Source: a virus (taxonomy: Duplodnaviria; Caudoviricetes). Taken from it: a DNA stretch of 64,000 bases. Of this stretch, positions 36,742-46,138 are shown in pieces. Position numbers and translations under genes: made by a program. Location of the stretch: the IMG/VR virus record IMGVR_UViG_3300021511_000007, positions 1,191-65,190 of that record; one strand, written 5' to 3'. Numbering within the stretch: the stretch's first letter is position 1; the number at the start of each line of letters is the position of its first letter. The notes under the pieces were generated by a model. It was not told the DNA's origin and searched no databases. It was given only the letters and a program-made list of their open reading frames with translations.

Positions 36742-37962
36742 TTATTCGTGCTGCTTTGCAGCAGACAGTCCGAGCAACCGATTAACGATCTCTTCCGCCT
36801 CCATGCTGCGCAACATCTCCAGCCGATCCTCCAGCGCCTGTTGTTGATCTTCGTCGCCGGTTGTCTTGAGCCAGTACGCCAGTTTCTCGTCCAGCGTTGC
36901 CGCTCTGGAGATGCCCGCGGCACGTACAGACTGGATCGGCAGTACCGTGCCTTCGAGCTTGACGGCATCGCAGTGCCCGAACAGTGCGCGGATGGCTGGC
37001 TTGTCCACTGTGGCGGCGTACTCCTGGTCTACCGTCCAACGGATGCGCACGGCGTCGTCTTCGGTGGCGTCGGCGGCGAGCTGGCCGAGCTCGCCCATGT
37101 CCGGCGGCCCGTCAAACTCTATTTCCAGTAGCTGCCGGGTGGGGGACGGGATGAACCGGTACGCCACGCTACCAGGCTCGATGTCCCACAGGAGCCAGCC
37201 CTTTGGATCATGGTCGCCGTGCACCAGTCGCGCCAGGCTGCCGGGGTAGGCAATAATCTGGGTGCCCTCATGCCAGTCCTGGTGGGCATGGATGTGTCCA
37301 GTCATGATGGCGTCGGCACCACTACGGAACAGCAGCTCCTCGGCGAACTCATGGTCGGGCGAGACTATCGCGAACTTGGATTCGGTCAGGCTACCGTTGA
37401 CGGTGCCGTGGGTGACCAGGGTGGTCGGTAGGCCGTGCTGCCGAGCGGCAGCTGCGATGATGGCAAACCGCTGCATGATGTTGCCGACATAGTGCTGCGC
37501 GCCGTGCTCCATAATGGCCGGGTTGGCTTTGTTGAGGCTGGGGAGTGCGAAGAACACGCCGTCGCCAGCTTTGGCGCTGGCATTGGGACTGAAGTCGCAA
37601 TCCTCATCGATTTCATACCACTCCCCCGCCTGGAGTAACAGCGCCCGGGGGCGGTCTGCCACATGGATCGGGAACTTGCGCCTGAGAGTGCGGAGGATAT
37701 CAAGCGAACCAGGCCGGTCATGGCTGGCAGTGCCGTAGAGGACCACGGTCGGCATGGTGTCCGCCAGTCTGGCCACCTGCGTCACATACGCCAGCACGGC
37801 AGGCTCATGCACGCCCATGCCGTGGTCGAAGCTGTCGCCAGCGATCACGGCCGCATCGCAGCCTTCCTTGGTGGCGCGGTCTACGGCGGCCACCATGGCG
37901 CGATCAACCCACTTGAGGTGTTTCGGGCTGTAGTGGAGGTCGCTGATGTGGGCGGTTTTCAT
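36742..37962 (-). CDS. sbcD: SbcD/Mre11-like metallophosphoesterase nuclease
   Basis: MKTAHISDLH, 'AGDSFD', 'GTASHD', 'HG', 'GHIH', 'YPGS' motifs. Confidence 0.9.
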   Translation of the reverse strand: MKTAHISDLHYSPKHLKWVDRAMVAAVDRATKEGCDAAVIAGDSFDHGMGVHEPAVLAYVTQVARLADTMPTVVLYGTASHDRPGSLDILRTLRRKFPIHVADRPRALLLQAGEWYEIDEDCDFSPNASAKAGDGVFFALPSLNKANPAIMEHGAQHYVGNIMQRFAIIAAAARQHGLPTTLVTHGTVNGSLTESKFAIVSPDHEFAEELLFRSGADAIMTGHIHAHQDWHEGTQIIAYPGSLARLVHGDHDPKGWLLWDIEPGSVAYRFIPSPTRQLLEIEFDGPPDMGELGQLAADATEDDAVRIRWTVDQEYAATVDKPAIRALFGHCDAVKLEGTVLPIQSVRAAGISRAATLDEKLAYWLKTTGDEDQQQALEDRLEMLRSMEAEEIVNRLLGLSAAKQHE

Positions 37963-38023
37963 TTTTTCAGCTCCAGCAGCATGTCTTCCAGCTTTTTGTT
38001 TTGGGCGGCCCCGGCGGCGTCCA

Positions 38024-39373
38024 TCAGAACGGGTCCTCATTGGCGGGGCTGGCGTCGACGTGCTGCTCTGCCGCCTTCGGGTCCAGGAACCCCTGTAGCA
38101 TATTGATCTGCGCCGCCAGCTTCTCGGGGTTGTGCCCATCCTCAGCGGTATAGCCGTTGCCGCTCAGCAGCTCGCCGAGATCAGCCTGACTGTAACCGAG
38201 CTCGTCCGACAAACGCTTGCGCTCTGCTCGGAGGTTGTGGATGGCGGGATCGGGATCGACCGCGCCAGCCTGAGCTGCTGCCGGCTCCGGCTCGGGTTTC
38301 CGTTGATGCGGCCCGCCCAATTCCTGCTCGGGCTCGGGTTCCGCCTGCTCGGGCTCCAATGCCGGATCGAAGCTGTCGGGGCCGGTGAGGCGCGCCGCAT
38401 CGGCAGGCGCGGGCTCCGCGGCGGCAGCGGCTTCTTGTTGGGCCAACAAGGCCACCGTGTCAATCCCGGAAGTAACGAGGTGAATAATCTCTTTTTGCTC
38501 CTTAACCTGGATGCCTTTTTTCCAGTCCATCCTGGACACCTCATCCAGCGTTTTCGAGAACGAGAACAGCGGTTTTCCCTGGAACAGGCCAGCTATGTGA
38601 CCGAAGTCGCGCTTAACGTAGTCGAGCACGCCCATATCACGAGGGTCGTCAGGGTCTCCAGCGAATTCGAGCAACGAATAGATCGACTTCGTTTTGAGCG
38701 CGAAATACATGCTTCCAGTCGGGATGCCAGGTATGCGGAAATATAACTCTGCGGAGTGTTCGCAGTCTCCGTTCAGGAACAGCTCGCATTTATTCGGCTT
38801 GCACGGGCCTTGTTCGACGGTCTCCCTCCCTCCCCACCGTCGGCGCGCCATCGGGTCCGGCTTCACCTCCTCTTTCGCCAGGCAGGTCCTCCCGCCATCC
38901 TTTGAGTCCTGGCTCCACCGAAACAGCTTGCCCATCTTCCATGACTCGAACCGCTGTCGGCACACGCTCTCGACATCATCACCAAAGAACACGACCGGGA
39001 ACGAGTAGACGCGCAGAACGCCATCTCCACGATCTTCCCCGTACTTCTCCGTCACCATCGCAGCCAACCCGGGGATCGAGCACCGAGACTGCGCGAACGT
39101 GAAGTAAAGACTGTTGGCTGGCTGCAAGGGTCGAATCTTGAACCACGGCGCGGCCTTTTTTAAGGCGGCCTCAATTTCGTCCCACGTAGCACCGGCAGCT
39201 ACGCCGTCAGCGAATATTTTGGCTGCGCCGGGTATCGGCTTCAGATTACTGCGCCCATCGCCGTGTTCGGCTTTGCGGGTGAGCTTTTTCACTCCAGAAC
39301 TGATGTCCCCCGCAATGGGTGGGCGTGACACTCGCTGTGGTGCAGCAGCAGTATGTTGTACGCTTGCGTTCAC
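38024..39373 (-). CDS. Gp3-like/recombination-associated protein (449 aa)
   Basis: 'RPPIAG.I..GVKKL...YF...KYGEDRGDG...FPVVF...C.P..C......C....L.F.IP' pattern; upstream of sbcD. Confidence 0.6.
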   Translation of the reverse strand: MNASVQHTAAAPQRVSRPPIAGDISSGVKKLTRKAEHGDGRSNLKPIPGAAKIFADGVAAGATWDEIEAALKKAAPWFKIRPLQPANSLYFTFAQSRCSIPGLAAMVTEKYGEDRGDGVLRVYSFPVVFFGDDVESVCRQRFESWKMGKLFRWSQDSKDGGRTCLAKEEVKPDPMARRRWGGRETVEQGPCKPNKCELFLNGDCEHSAELYFRIPGIPTGSMYFALKTKSIYSLLEFAGDPDDPRDMGVLDYVKRDFGHIAGLFQGKPLFSFSKTLDEVSRMDWKKGIQVKEQKEIIHLVTSGIDTVALLAQQEAAAAAEPAPADAARLTGPDSFDPALEPEQAEPEPEQELGGPHQRKPEPEPAAAQAGAVDPDPAIHNLRAERKRLSDELGYSQADLGELLSGNGYTAEDGHNPEKLAAQINMLQGFLDPKAAEQHVDASPANEDPF

Positions 39374-39555
39374 TGTTTTCTCCCGTTCTCCCGGCAGTCA
39401 GCCGGATGGATTATTTCGATGATTCGGCTTGCCCTGGCGTGCCGCTCACTCTGAGTAACAGACAGCCGTTCGCCGTCGACGATGATCCACGCCTTGAAGC
39501 CTGTGCTGCCGGCTGCGGCAACGGCTGCATCGATGGCGGCCTGTGCGTCTACCAT
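39370..39555 (-). CDS. Small hypothetical protein
   Basis: Overlap-coupled ORF in the leftward operon. Confidence 0.5.
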   Translation of the reverse strand: MVDAQAAIDAAVAAAGSTGFKAWIIVDGERLSVTQSERHARASRIIEIIHPADCRENGRKQ

Positions 39556-40049
39556 GCGATCAGACCTACCATAATCATGGCGGCAGCCAACAACCCCGCG
39601 CCGACCCAGTTCCCCTCAAAGCCGCGGTTGCCCGGCGTGCCGTGGCTGAGGCGGACCAGCCGCATTATGTGTCTCATGCTGTCCACCTGGCGGCTTCCTG
39701 GCGGCGCAGCAACTCCTGCGTTTGGTCCCGGGCGCGTTCCGCAGCGATGGGGGTGCTGTACCGACAAATGCCGCAGTCCTCGGCAGCACCGATCGATATC
39801 GTCGATCAGGCATTGGTACTTCTGCCAGTAGATCGACCTGTAAGCGCGGTCCATATCCGGCAGACGCACCGCTATTTTCTGGATGCGCATGGCATGCCCT
39901 CGTAGGTCGGCGGTTTTGTCCGCGAGGTCGGTGTAGGGGTTGGTGGTCATGACGCCCCCTCCCGGAATGGCATCTGTATCTTGCTCATCGCAGCCGACCG
40001 CCTGCTCTTGGGCGGTTTCGATTTCTGCGGTGCTTTTTATGTCTTTCAT
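39549..40049 (-). CDS. Hypothetical protein with C-terminal TM helix; N-terminus derived from an attC relic
   Basis: First gene of the leftward operon; 5' region shares 41/45 nt with 30362-30406. Confidence 0.5.
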   Translation of the reverse strand: MKDIKSTAEIETAQEQAVGCDEQDTDAIPGGGVMTTNPYTDLADKTADLRGHAMRIQKIAVRLPDMDRAYRSIYWQKYQCLIDDIDRCCRGLRHLSVQHPHRCGTRPGPNAGVAAPPGSRQVDSMRHIMRLVRLSHGTPGNRGFEGNWVGAGLLAAAMIMVGLIAW

Positions 40050-40101
40050 GGCTTCTGTTCCTTGTTGTTCCTGCCCGGCGTCGGGTTGCGCTTGTCACCG
40101 G

Positions 40102-40209
40102 TGAAAGTATGCTTACATGAAAGCAGGCTTTCAGCCCATTGTCAAGGTTGTTTTCCACGAAAGATACTTTGCAAGATGATCTTGCAAGACGGGTGTAAGT
40201 ATGCTTTCA
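40102..40209. promoter_or_regulatory. Divergent promoter region with three 16-bp operators
   Basis: TGAAAGTATGCTTACA (40102), TGAAAGCAGGCTTTCA (40118), TGTAAGTATGCTTTCA (40194); TTGACA on the minus strand at 40140-40145. Confidence 0.7.
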
Positions 40210-40217
40210 TCTTAGGC

Positions 40218-40445
40218 ATGAACAGGAGCAGCGAAAAGACCGTTGACGCCCTCGGTGGACCCACCGCGGTGGCAAGGCTTTGCCATGGGAAAGTTACACC
40301 ACAGGCAGTGAGCCAATGGAAGGAGAATGGCATACCCGCAGGGTGGAGTGGGTATTTACGGCTGCTGAAGCCCGAGGTGTTTGCGGAGCTTGACGACAGC
40401 AGAAATGGTAGTTGCGGCTGCCATAGAGAGGGCGCGAAATCATGA
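40218..40445 (+). CDS. Cro-like HTH repressor (75 aa)
   Basis: '[14 protein letters not shown]...[14 protein letters not shown]' Cro-type HTH. Confidence 0.85.
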   Translation: MNRSSEKTVDALGGPTAVARLCHGKVTPQAVSQWKENGIPAGWSGYLRLLKPEVFAELDDSRNGSCGCHREGAKS

Positions 40446-40975
40446 GCCGAGGAATAAATAAGTGGTTAGGCATAGGCAACTGCTGCGCTGATCCTGAAAT
40501 CAGACACATGCCTAACGGTAATGTAGTTGCGAACGTGACGATTGCCTGCAATGATTCGTATAAGAACAAGGATACTGGCGAGACGGTTGATAAAACCGAA
40601 TTTGTGCGGACCGTGTTCTTCGGCAAGCTGGCGGAGATCGCCGGTCAATATCTGAAAAAGGGCTCCAAGGTTTATGTCGAGGGGCGTTTGCAGACCCGCA
40701 AATGGCAGGGGCAGGACGGGAAGGATCGCTATACCACCGAGGTGGTGGTGGACCAGCGAGGCACCATGCAGATGCTGGACAGCCGTGCCTCCGGCGGCAC
40801 CGGCAGCCTCGATCAGGGCTATGGCCAGCCCCGCCCCGCACCGGCCCCGGCCCCCGCACCGGCCCCGGTCCCCGCAGCGCCCGCTCCGCAGCAGGGTGGA
40901 GGTGCACCGGCTCCGCAGTACGGCGGGTATCAGGGGCAGGGGGAGCAGGAATTTGACTCAGACATTCCCTTTTAG
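40442..40975 (+). CDS. ssb: Single-stranded DNA-binding protein
   Basis: 'MSRGINK..GIGN...DPEIR...[28 protein letters not shown]' OB fold; acidic tail 'DSDIPF'. Confidence 0.97.
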   Translation: MSRGINKWLGIGNCCADPEIRHMPNGNVVANVTIACNDSYKNKDTGETVDKTEFVRTVFFGKLAEIAGQYLKKGSKVYVEGRLQTRKWQGQDGKDRYTTEVVVDQRGTMQMLDSRASGGTGSLDQGYGQPRPAPAPAPAPAPVPAAPAPQQGGGAPAPQYGGYQGQGEQEFDSDIPF

Positions 40976-41012
40976 AATTTCTTAAAAGCCATCGGCTATT
41001 TGGAGAAATACG

Positions 41013-41969
41013 ATGAGTGAAACCTCTATTGAGTGGGCCGATTATTCCTTCAACCCGTGGTACGGGTGCCAGAAGGTTGGCCCTGGCTGTGATCATTGCT
41101 ACGCCGAGGGCTGGGCCAAGAGAAGCGGACTGGTGAAATGGGGGCCCGGCGAGACACGCCGTCGCAGCAGTGCCGCCAACTGGACCAAGCCGCTCCAATG
41201 GGACACGAAAGCCGGACGGCTGGGCATTCGCTACCGGGTGTTCTGCGCATCGCTCGCCGACGTGTTCGATAACGCGGTTCCGCAGGGCTGGAGAACGGAT
41301 CTCTGGAGATTGACCCGCGAAACCCCGAATCTCGATTGGCTTCTGGTCACCAAGCGCATTGGCAATGTGACGAATATGCTGCCGGCGGACTGGGGCGCGG
41401 GCTATCCGAACGCATGTTTGCTGGCGACCGTGACAGACCAGCAGGAGGCAGACCGCGATGTACCGCAGCTGTTGGCCGTCCCCGCCGCCGTGCGCGGGCT
41501 TAGCATGGAGCCGTTACTGGGTCCGGTTGACCTAAGCCGGTGGCTGGATATCTGCCAGTACGAGGAGGGCGGCGAATGGGGCAGAAGAAACATTGGTCAT
41601 CTGCGTGACATGCTCGATTGGACAATTGTTGGCGGAGAGTCTGGTCACCAGGCGCGGCCAATGCACCCGCAATGGACGCGCCTCCTTCGCGATCAATGCA
41701 CCAGCGCTGGCGTTCCGTTTTTTTTCAAGCAGTGGGGTGGCTGGAAGCCGTTGTGCACATGCACAGACGCGGAGATTCACAGCCTGCTAGAGAGCAGCAC
41801 CAGAGAAGCATGGATCGAACCGGCCAGCGAAGGCGACTACAGCCAGTTCCGCGTCCATGAAACGCACTCCATGTTCAAGATAGGCAAAAAACGCGCGGGG
41901 CGTAAACTGGACGGTCGCACCTGGGACCAATACCCGTCGACCACCGCCGCCACTGGAGGTGCCTCATGA
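41013..41969 (+). CDS. Phage Gp37/Gp68 (DUF5131) family protein
   Basis: 'TSIEWAD..FNPW.GC.KV.PGC.HCYA', 'VFCASLADVF', 'SMEPLLG', 'IVGGESG..ARPMHP.W', 'PFFFKQWG'. Confidence 0.93.
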   Translation: MSETSIEWADYSFNPWYGCQKVGPGCDHCYAEGWAKRSGLVKWGPGETRRRSSAANWTKPLQWDTKAGRLGIRYRVFCASLADVFDNAVPQGWRTDLWRLTRETPNLDWLLVTKRIGNVTNMLPADWGAGYPNACLLATVTDQQEADRDVPQLLAVPAAVRGLSMEPLLGPVDLSRWLDICQYEEGGEWGRRNIGHLRDMLDWTIVGGESGHQARPMHPQWTRLLRDQCTSAGVPFFFKQWGGWKPLCTCTDAEIHSLLESSTREAWIEPASEGDYSQFRVHETHSMFKIGKKRAGRKLDGRTWDQYPSTTAATGGAS

Positions 41970-42481
41970 GCCGCAATAGCTGGGGAGTTCTGGACCGCGC
42001 GCGCAAGGCCATCGAGTACCGTAACCTCGATCCCGCAAACCTGGACCTGACCAAATTGTTCGACCTGGCCGAGCGCCGGGGAGCGACCGGCAACGACCTA
42101 AACAGCTGGCTCCATCGCCTGATCGGCTGGATCGAGCCGCCGGGCTGCACCATGGGTCACTGCGAGAACGCCGGTGGTGTCGGGTCTTTCTGCCGCTGTG
42201 CCCTCGGCCGGGTACCGGGGCGCTGCAAGATCCACAGGGACTACAAGCGCCGCGTTGCCGAGCGCACGAAGAGGGCAACATCGCGGGTGCTTGAGGTGAT
42301 GGGCGACGGGGCTATCTACGACGCGGAATCGATTCGCGTTGCACTGGGCTGCAACAGGCCGGAGAACATCGACATCGGCGGCCTTCTGCGGTCGCTGGAG
42401 GCCGATGATTTGGTGTACTCAGGAGTGCATCCTGAAAATCAATATGAAAGGCAGTACGTGATCGCAGGGGCGGGTCGGTGA
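41966..42481 (+). CDS. Hypothetical protein (171 aa)
   Basis: ATGA-coupled; Cys cluster. Confidence 0.6.
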   Translation: MSRNSWGVLDRARKAIEYRNLDPANLDLTKLFDLAERRGATGNDLNSWLHRLIGWIEPPGCTMGHCENAGGVGSFCRCALGRVPGRCKIHRDYKRRVAERTKRATSRVLEVMGDGAIYDAESIRVALGCNRPENIDIGGLLRSLEADDLVYSGVHPENQYERQYVIAGAGR

Positions 42482-42482
42482 C

Positions 42483-43472
42483 ATGCGCACTCTCCACCTG
42501 TTCGCCGGAGCCGGGGGCGGTCTGCTCGCAGACCTCATCCTCGGGCATGAGCCAGTCTGCGCCGTTGAACTCGACCCCTGCTGTTGTGCTGTACTCCGGG
42601 CGAGACGAGACGAGGGATGGTTCCCCGGTCTGCACGTGCACGAAGGAGACGCCGGGCTGTTCGATCCATCCTGCTGGGCGGGCCGCGTGGATTGCGTTGC
42701 AGCGGGCTTCCCTTGCCAGCCTTTCAGCGTTGCAGGCAAGCGCCTGGGCGCCGATGACGAGCGCGATATGTGGCCCGCGACGCTGGGAATCATTCGCATG
42801 GTTCGACCCCGGTTCGTGTTCCTGGAAAACGTCTCAGGAATCGTTTCTTGGAACGACGGCGAACGAGTATCAGACATCATCGGGGCGCTGGCCGGCATGG
42901 GCTACGTGGGATCTCACGCGGTGTTGGGAGCTGTCGGCGTTGGTGCCCCGCATATCCGCAAGCGCTGGTGGTGTCTGGCCGAGCGTACCGACTCCGACCG
43001 CGGCCAATGCCAGGAGCGGAGCCTATCAGGTGGTGGACGGGCGGCGAGTTCCGACGCTGGTCGGCTATGCACGGCTGTGGCCGACGCCCACGGCGAGCAT
43101 GATGACTGCCGGGGACCTGGAACAAGCCAGGTTCAGCGGCAGCGACCCACGGCGCCCGAATTATGCAAATGCGAATCAGAGGTTCCCGACCCCGCTCGCC
43201 AGCGATGCGACCGGGGGCTATTCGAGCAAGAAACCGGCGAGCCGCAAGGGGACCGCAGGCATCAAGGAAACCATTCCTGGTGGACCGTTGAGCCCAACGT
43301 GGGTCGAGTGGTTGATGGCTTGGCCCCTCGGCTGGTCGGCCCTGGAATCGTATCCGCCGAGCCCTCGAAGAAAAGAACGGCGGCCAGCCGGCAACACAGA
43401 CTCGCGGCGCTCGGAAATGGGCAAGTCCCGATCCAAGCTGCGTTCGCCTGGCGCATCCTTGGAGGACCATAG
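42483..43472 (+). CDS. DNA (cytosine-5) methyltransferase
   Basis: Motif I 'LFAGAGG', motif IV 'GFPCQPFS', motif VI 'LENV', motif VIII 'PHIRKRW', motif X 'RLAALGNGQVP'. Confidence 0.92.
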   Translation: MRTLHLFAGAGGGLLADLILGHEPVCAVELDPCCCAVLRARRDEGWFPGLHVHEGDAGLFDPSCWAGRVDCVAAGFPCQPFSVAGKRLGADDERDMWPATLGIIRMVRPRFVFLENVSGIVSWNDGERVSDIIGALAGMGYVGSHAVLGAVGVGAPHIRKRWWCLAERTDSDRGQCQERSLSGGGRAASSDAGRLCTAVADAHGEHDDCRGPGTSQVQRQRPTAPELCKCESEVPDPARQRCDRGLFEQETGEPQGDRRHQGNHSWWTVEPNVGRVVDGLAPRLVGPGIVSAEPSKKRTAASRQHRLAALGNGQVPIQAAFAWRILGGP

Positions 43473-43475
43473 CTC

Positions 43476-43625
43476 ATGACATCCCTCTACCGCCCCCAGC
43501 AAAGCACCTGCCGCATATGCGGAGCCAAACTGCTGCCGGACGAGCGATACCGGTACGAGCCGCCATTCGTGGCGCCGCTGCGGCGGTGCCCTGTTCATGG
43601 GTATGCGTGGGAGTGGGGTAGGTGA
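43476..43625 (+). CDS. Small Zn-finger protein
   Basis: MTSLYRPQQSTCRICG...CPVHG, hand translated; GGAGG RBS. Confidence 0.5.
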   Translation: MTSLYRPQQSTCRICGAKLLPDERYRYEPPFVAPLRRCPVHGYAWEWGR

Positions 43626-43657
43626 GTGAGTGCCGCACCCGGGGCGTCCCATGGTGT

Positions 43658-43742
43658 GGTTAACGTAAAGCATAAACCGGCGCACGATGAAGCCAGAGCT
43701 AATCACCACAGTATGACGCTTGGGTTTATGTGCTGGTTAGAT
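43658..43742 (-). mobile_element. attC-like site (top strand on minus)
   Basis: Minus strand: ATCTAAC-cagcacataaacccaagcg...gcgccggtttatgctttac-GTTAACC. Confidence 0.75.
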
Positions 43743-43815
43743 GCCGTGATTTCTAGGGGGATACCTCAATGTCATATTTTCCGAAAATGGTGCCATTGGA
43801 AATGTCTGGCTTGAT

Positions 43816-44004
43816 ATGTCGGGAGAGACGGTCAGCGACGTAGATCTCTGTTATGAAATAGAGATGGGCGAAATAGATAGCTACGCCTCTTCAACAATAC
43901 CACTCCGCGCATTAATTGAAGAGGCGGCGGAAGGTGAAGATGAAGATCGGCGCAAACAACTTGCTAACGAATTGCGCCAACTGGCGGATTTGATAGGCAC
44001 ATAA
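43816..44004 (+). CDS. Hypothetical protein (probable cassette gene)
   Basis: Acidic 62-aa ORF following the attC; start uncertain. Confidence 0.45.
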   Translation: MSGETVSDVDLCYEIEMGEIDSYASSTIPLRALIEEAAEGEDEDRRKQLANELRQLADLIGT

Positions 44005-44015
44005 ACAGCCAACCC

Positions 44016-45512
44016 ATGATCACCCTCCGCGACTATCAGCAGCAGTCTGCCGACGAGATCCGCATCGCGTATCGCCATGGGTATCGGGCACCTCTGTTGG
44101 TCGCCCCAACAGGCAGCGGGAAAACCGTTCTGTTCAGCTACATCGCCCACCATGCAGCCGCCCGCAGCAACAACGTTCTGATCCTGGTCCACCGCCAGGA
44201 ACTGCTGACGCAGACAAGCCGCACCCTGGGTGACATGGGAGTCGACCACGGCCTCGTCGCACGCGGCATGACATTCACCAGGGCAAAAGTCCAGGTGGCC
44301 AGCGTCCAGACCCTGGTCCGCCGGATGCATCGGATGCAGTGGCAGCCGAGCATGATCGTCGTTGACGAGGCGCACCACGCAACAGGCAAGACCACCTGGG
44401 GCAAGGTGTTGCAGCACTATTCAGGCGCGTTCGTGCTAGGTGTCACGGCCACTCCGGAACGCCTCGACGGGCAGGGCCTCGGCGTTGATGCCGGCGGCTT
44501 CTTCGACGCGCTCGTGCTGGGGCCTTCGGTCTCCGCCCTGGTGGGCGAGGGGTATTTGTCGCAACCGGTGGTGTATGCTCCGGCGACGGCAGATCTATCT
44601 GCGGTGCATACCCGCATGGGTGACTACGTGAAGTCAGAGTTGTCAGCGGCCATGGACCGGCCCACGATCACCGGAGACGCTTGCCAGCACTACCGGCGCC
44701 ATTGTCACAACGAACCGGCCATAGCGTTCTGCTGCTCCGTTGCCCACGCCGAAAATGTGGCAGAGCAGTTTCGCGCGGCGGGCTACCAAGCCGCCAGCAT
44801 CGACGGCAAGCTGGACGGGCAGGTCCGGCGGCAACGTATCGCGGATCTCGCCGACGGCCAACTGCACGTCCTCACGTCGTGCGAGATAATCAGCGAGGGA
44901 GTAGATATCCCTGTTGTGTCGGCTGCTATTCTTCTGCGGCCCACACAATCCCTTGGGCTCTCGCTCCAACAGATGGGCCGGGCATTGCGTCCGCACCCCG
45001 GCAAGGAGCGGGCGCTGATCCTCGATCATGCCGGGAATTGTTTGCGCCACGGCCTCCCCGACGACGACCGCGAGTGGTCGCTCGCCGGTGGCAAGCGCAG
45101 CGGCCGGCGCACCACAGATGAGCCCAATATCCCCATCCGTCAGTGCGAGCGCTGTTACCACGTTCATCGCCCGGCGCCGGCCTGCCCGAAGTGCGGATTT
45201 GTCTACGAAGTGCAATCCCGGCAAATCGACGAGGTGGAAGGCGAACTCCAGCAGGTCGACCCCAAAGCGTTGCGGCGTAGTCGCGCCTACGAGGAGCGAC
45301 AGGCGCGTACATACAAGGAGTTGGTCGAGCTCGGCAAGACGCGGGAATACAATAATCCGCACGGGTGGGCGAACAGGCGGATGGTCGGCCGGGCGAAGAG
45401 CATGCGGGATTTGATCGACTTGGCTCATGAGCTTGGGCGCAAGAACCCTGAGAAGTGGGCTGGGTTTTTGTGGCAGAGCCATAGGGCCAATAGACACAAG
45501 AGAGCGGCATGA
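44016..45512 (+). CDS. SF2 DEAD/DEAH-box helicase with Zn finger (498 aa)
   Basis: 'LRDYQ', 'APTGSGKT', 'DEAHH', 'TATPER', 'EGVDIP', 'QQMGRALR', CxxC..CxxC. Confidence 0.95.
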   Translation: MITLRDYQQQSADEIRIAYRHGYRAPLLVAPTGSGKTVLFSYIAHHAAARSNNVLILVHRQELLTQTSRTLGDMGVDHGLVARGMTFTRAKVQVASVQTLVRRMHRMQWQPSMIVVDEAHHATGKTTWGKVLQHYSGAFVLGVTATPERLDGQGLGVDAGGFFDALVLGPSVSALVGEGYLSQPVVYAPATADLSAVHTRMGDYVKSELSAAMDRPTITGDACQHYRRHCHNEPAIAFCCSVAHAENVAEQFRAAGYQAASIDGKLDGQVRRQRIADLADGQLHVLTSCEIISEGVDIPVVSAAILLRPTQSLGLSLQQMGRALRPHPGKERALILDHAGNCLRHGLPDDDREWSLAGGKRSGRRTTDEPNIPIRQCERCYHVHRPAPACPKCGFVYEVQSRQIDEVEGELQQVDPKALRRSRAYEERQARTYKELVELGKTREYNNPHGWANRRMVGRAKSMRDLIDLAHELGRKNPEKWAGFLWQSHRANRHKRAA

Positions 45513-45709
45513 TGACTTTTAATTATGTTAGTTTTGGTGCGGATGAAGACGCCGATTATGCTTATGCGCTGTACCTGGCAAAGCAGGCTGAGCTGTTTTC
45601 ACGCGCAGGGGCAACTGTCGGGATCGTCGGGGTGGTGAAATCGACCATAGGGATAATGCTTCACTATTCGGATATACCTATTCGCACTGATGACTCCGTT
45701 ATCTATTGA
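45509..45709 (+). CDS. Hypothetical protein, cassette copy A
   Basis: Paralog of 46192..46443; 190-bp cassette GTTAGTTT (45527) to AAACTAAC (45716). Confidence 0.65.
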   Translation: MMTFNYVSFGADEDADYAYALYLAKQAELFSRAGATVGIVGVVKSTIGIMLHYSDIPIRTDDSVIY

Positions 45710-45799
45710 AACTAACGGCTGAATCAGCGGGCCGCGCACCGGAGCCAGCGCGACAGCCCCGCCAGAATTTACCGGCTCCGCTGTATTTTATTGTTGGGC
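45710..45799 (-). mobile_element. attC-like site (top strand on minus)
   Basis: Minus strand: GCCCAAC-aataaaatacagcggagcc...ggcccgctgattcagcc-GTTAGTT; extra bases on the left arm. Confidence 0.8.
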
Positions 45800-45822
45800 C
45801 GCGGCCCACACGGGAGAAGAAA

Positions 45823-46134
45823 ATGAGCACCTATACACCTATCGCTGAGCCCGAAAATTACGGTCCGTTTGATGAGCGTGACATCAAGATACACGAAAAA
45901 AAACACGGCACTGGATGGACCTACCTGCGGGTGGGGCGGGTGAGCCTGGAGCGGTTTCCCGCACTCCTCGATACCTGGGGAAATGGGGGCTTCGTGGATG
46001 TCACGAAACCATATCCGGTGCTATCCCATTGGGGGTGGGGGGAAGCATATAGGGCCGTTCTGCCCCCGAGCAAAGCGAAGATGATTAGTGGATTTGGCGA
46101 CGGCGACAGCTTGGTCGCGTACAAAACGCATTGA
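45823..46134 (+). CDS. Hypothetical protein (inverted cassette gene, 103 aa)
   Basis: GGGAGA RBS; MSTYTPIAEP...; cassette ends GTTGGGC/GCCCAAC are exact complements. Confidence 0.7.
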   Translation: MSTYTPIAEPENYGPFDERDIKIHEKKHGTGWTYLRVGRVSLERFPALLDTWGNGGFVDVTKPYPVLSHWGWGEAYRAVLPPSKAKMISGFGDGDSLVAYKTH

Positions 46135-46138
46135 GTCC

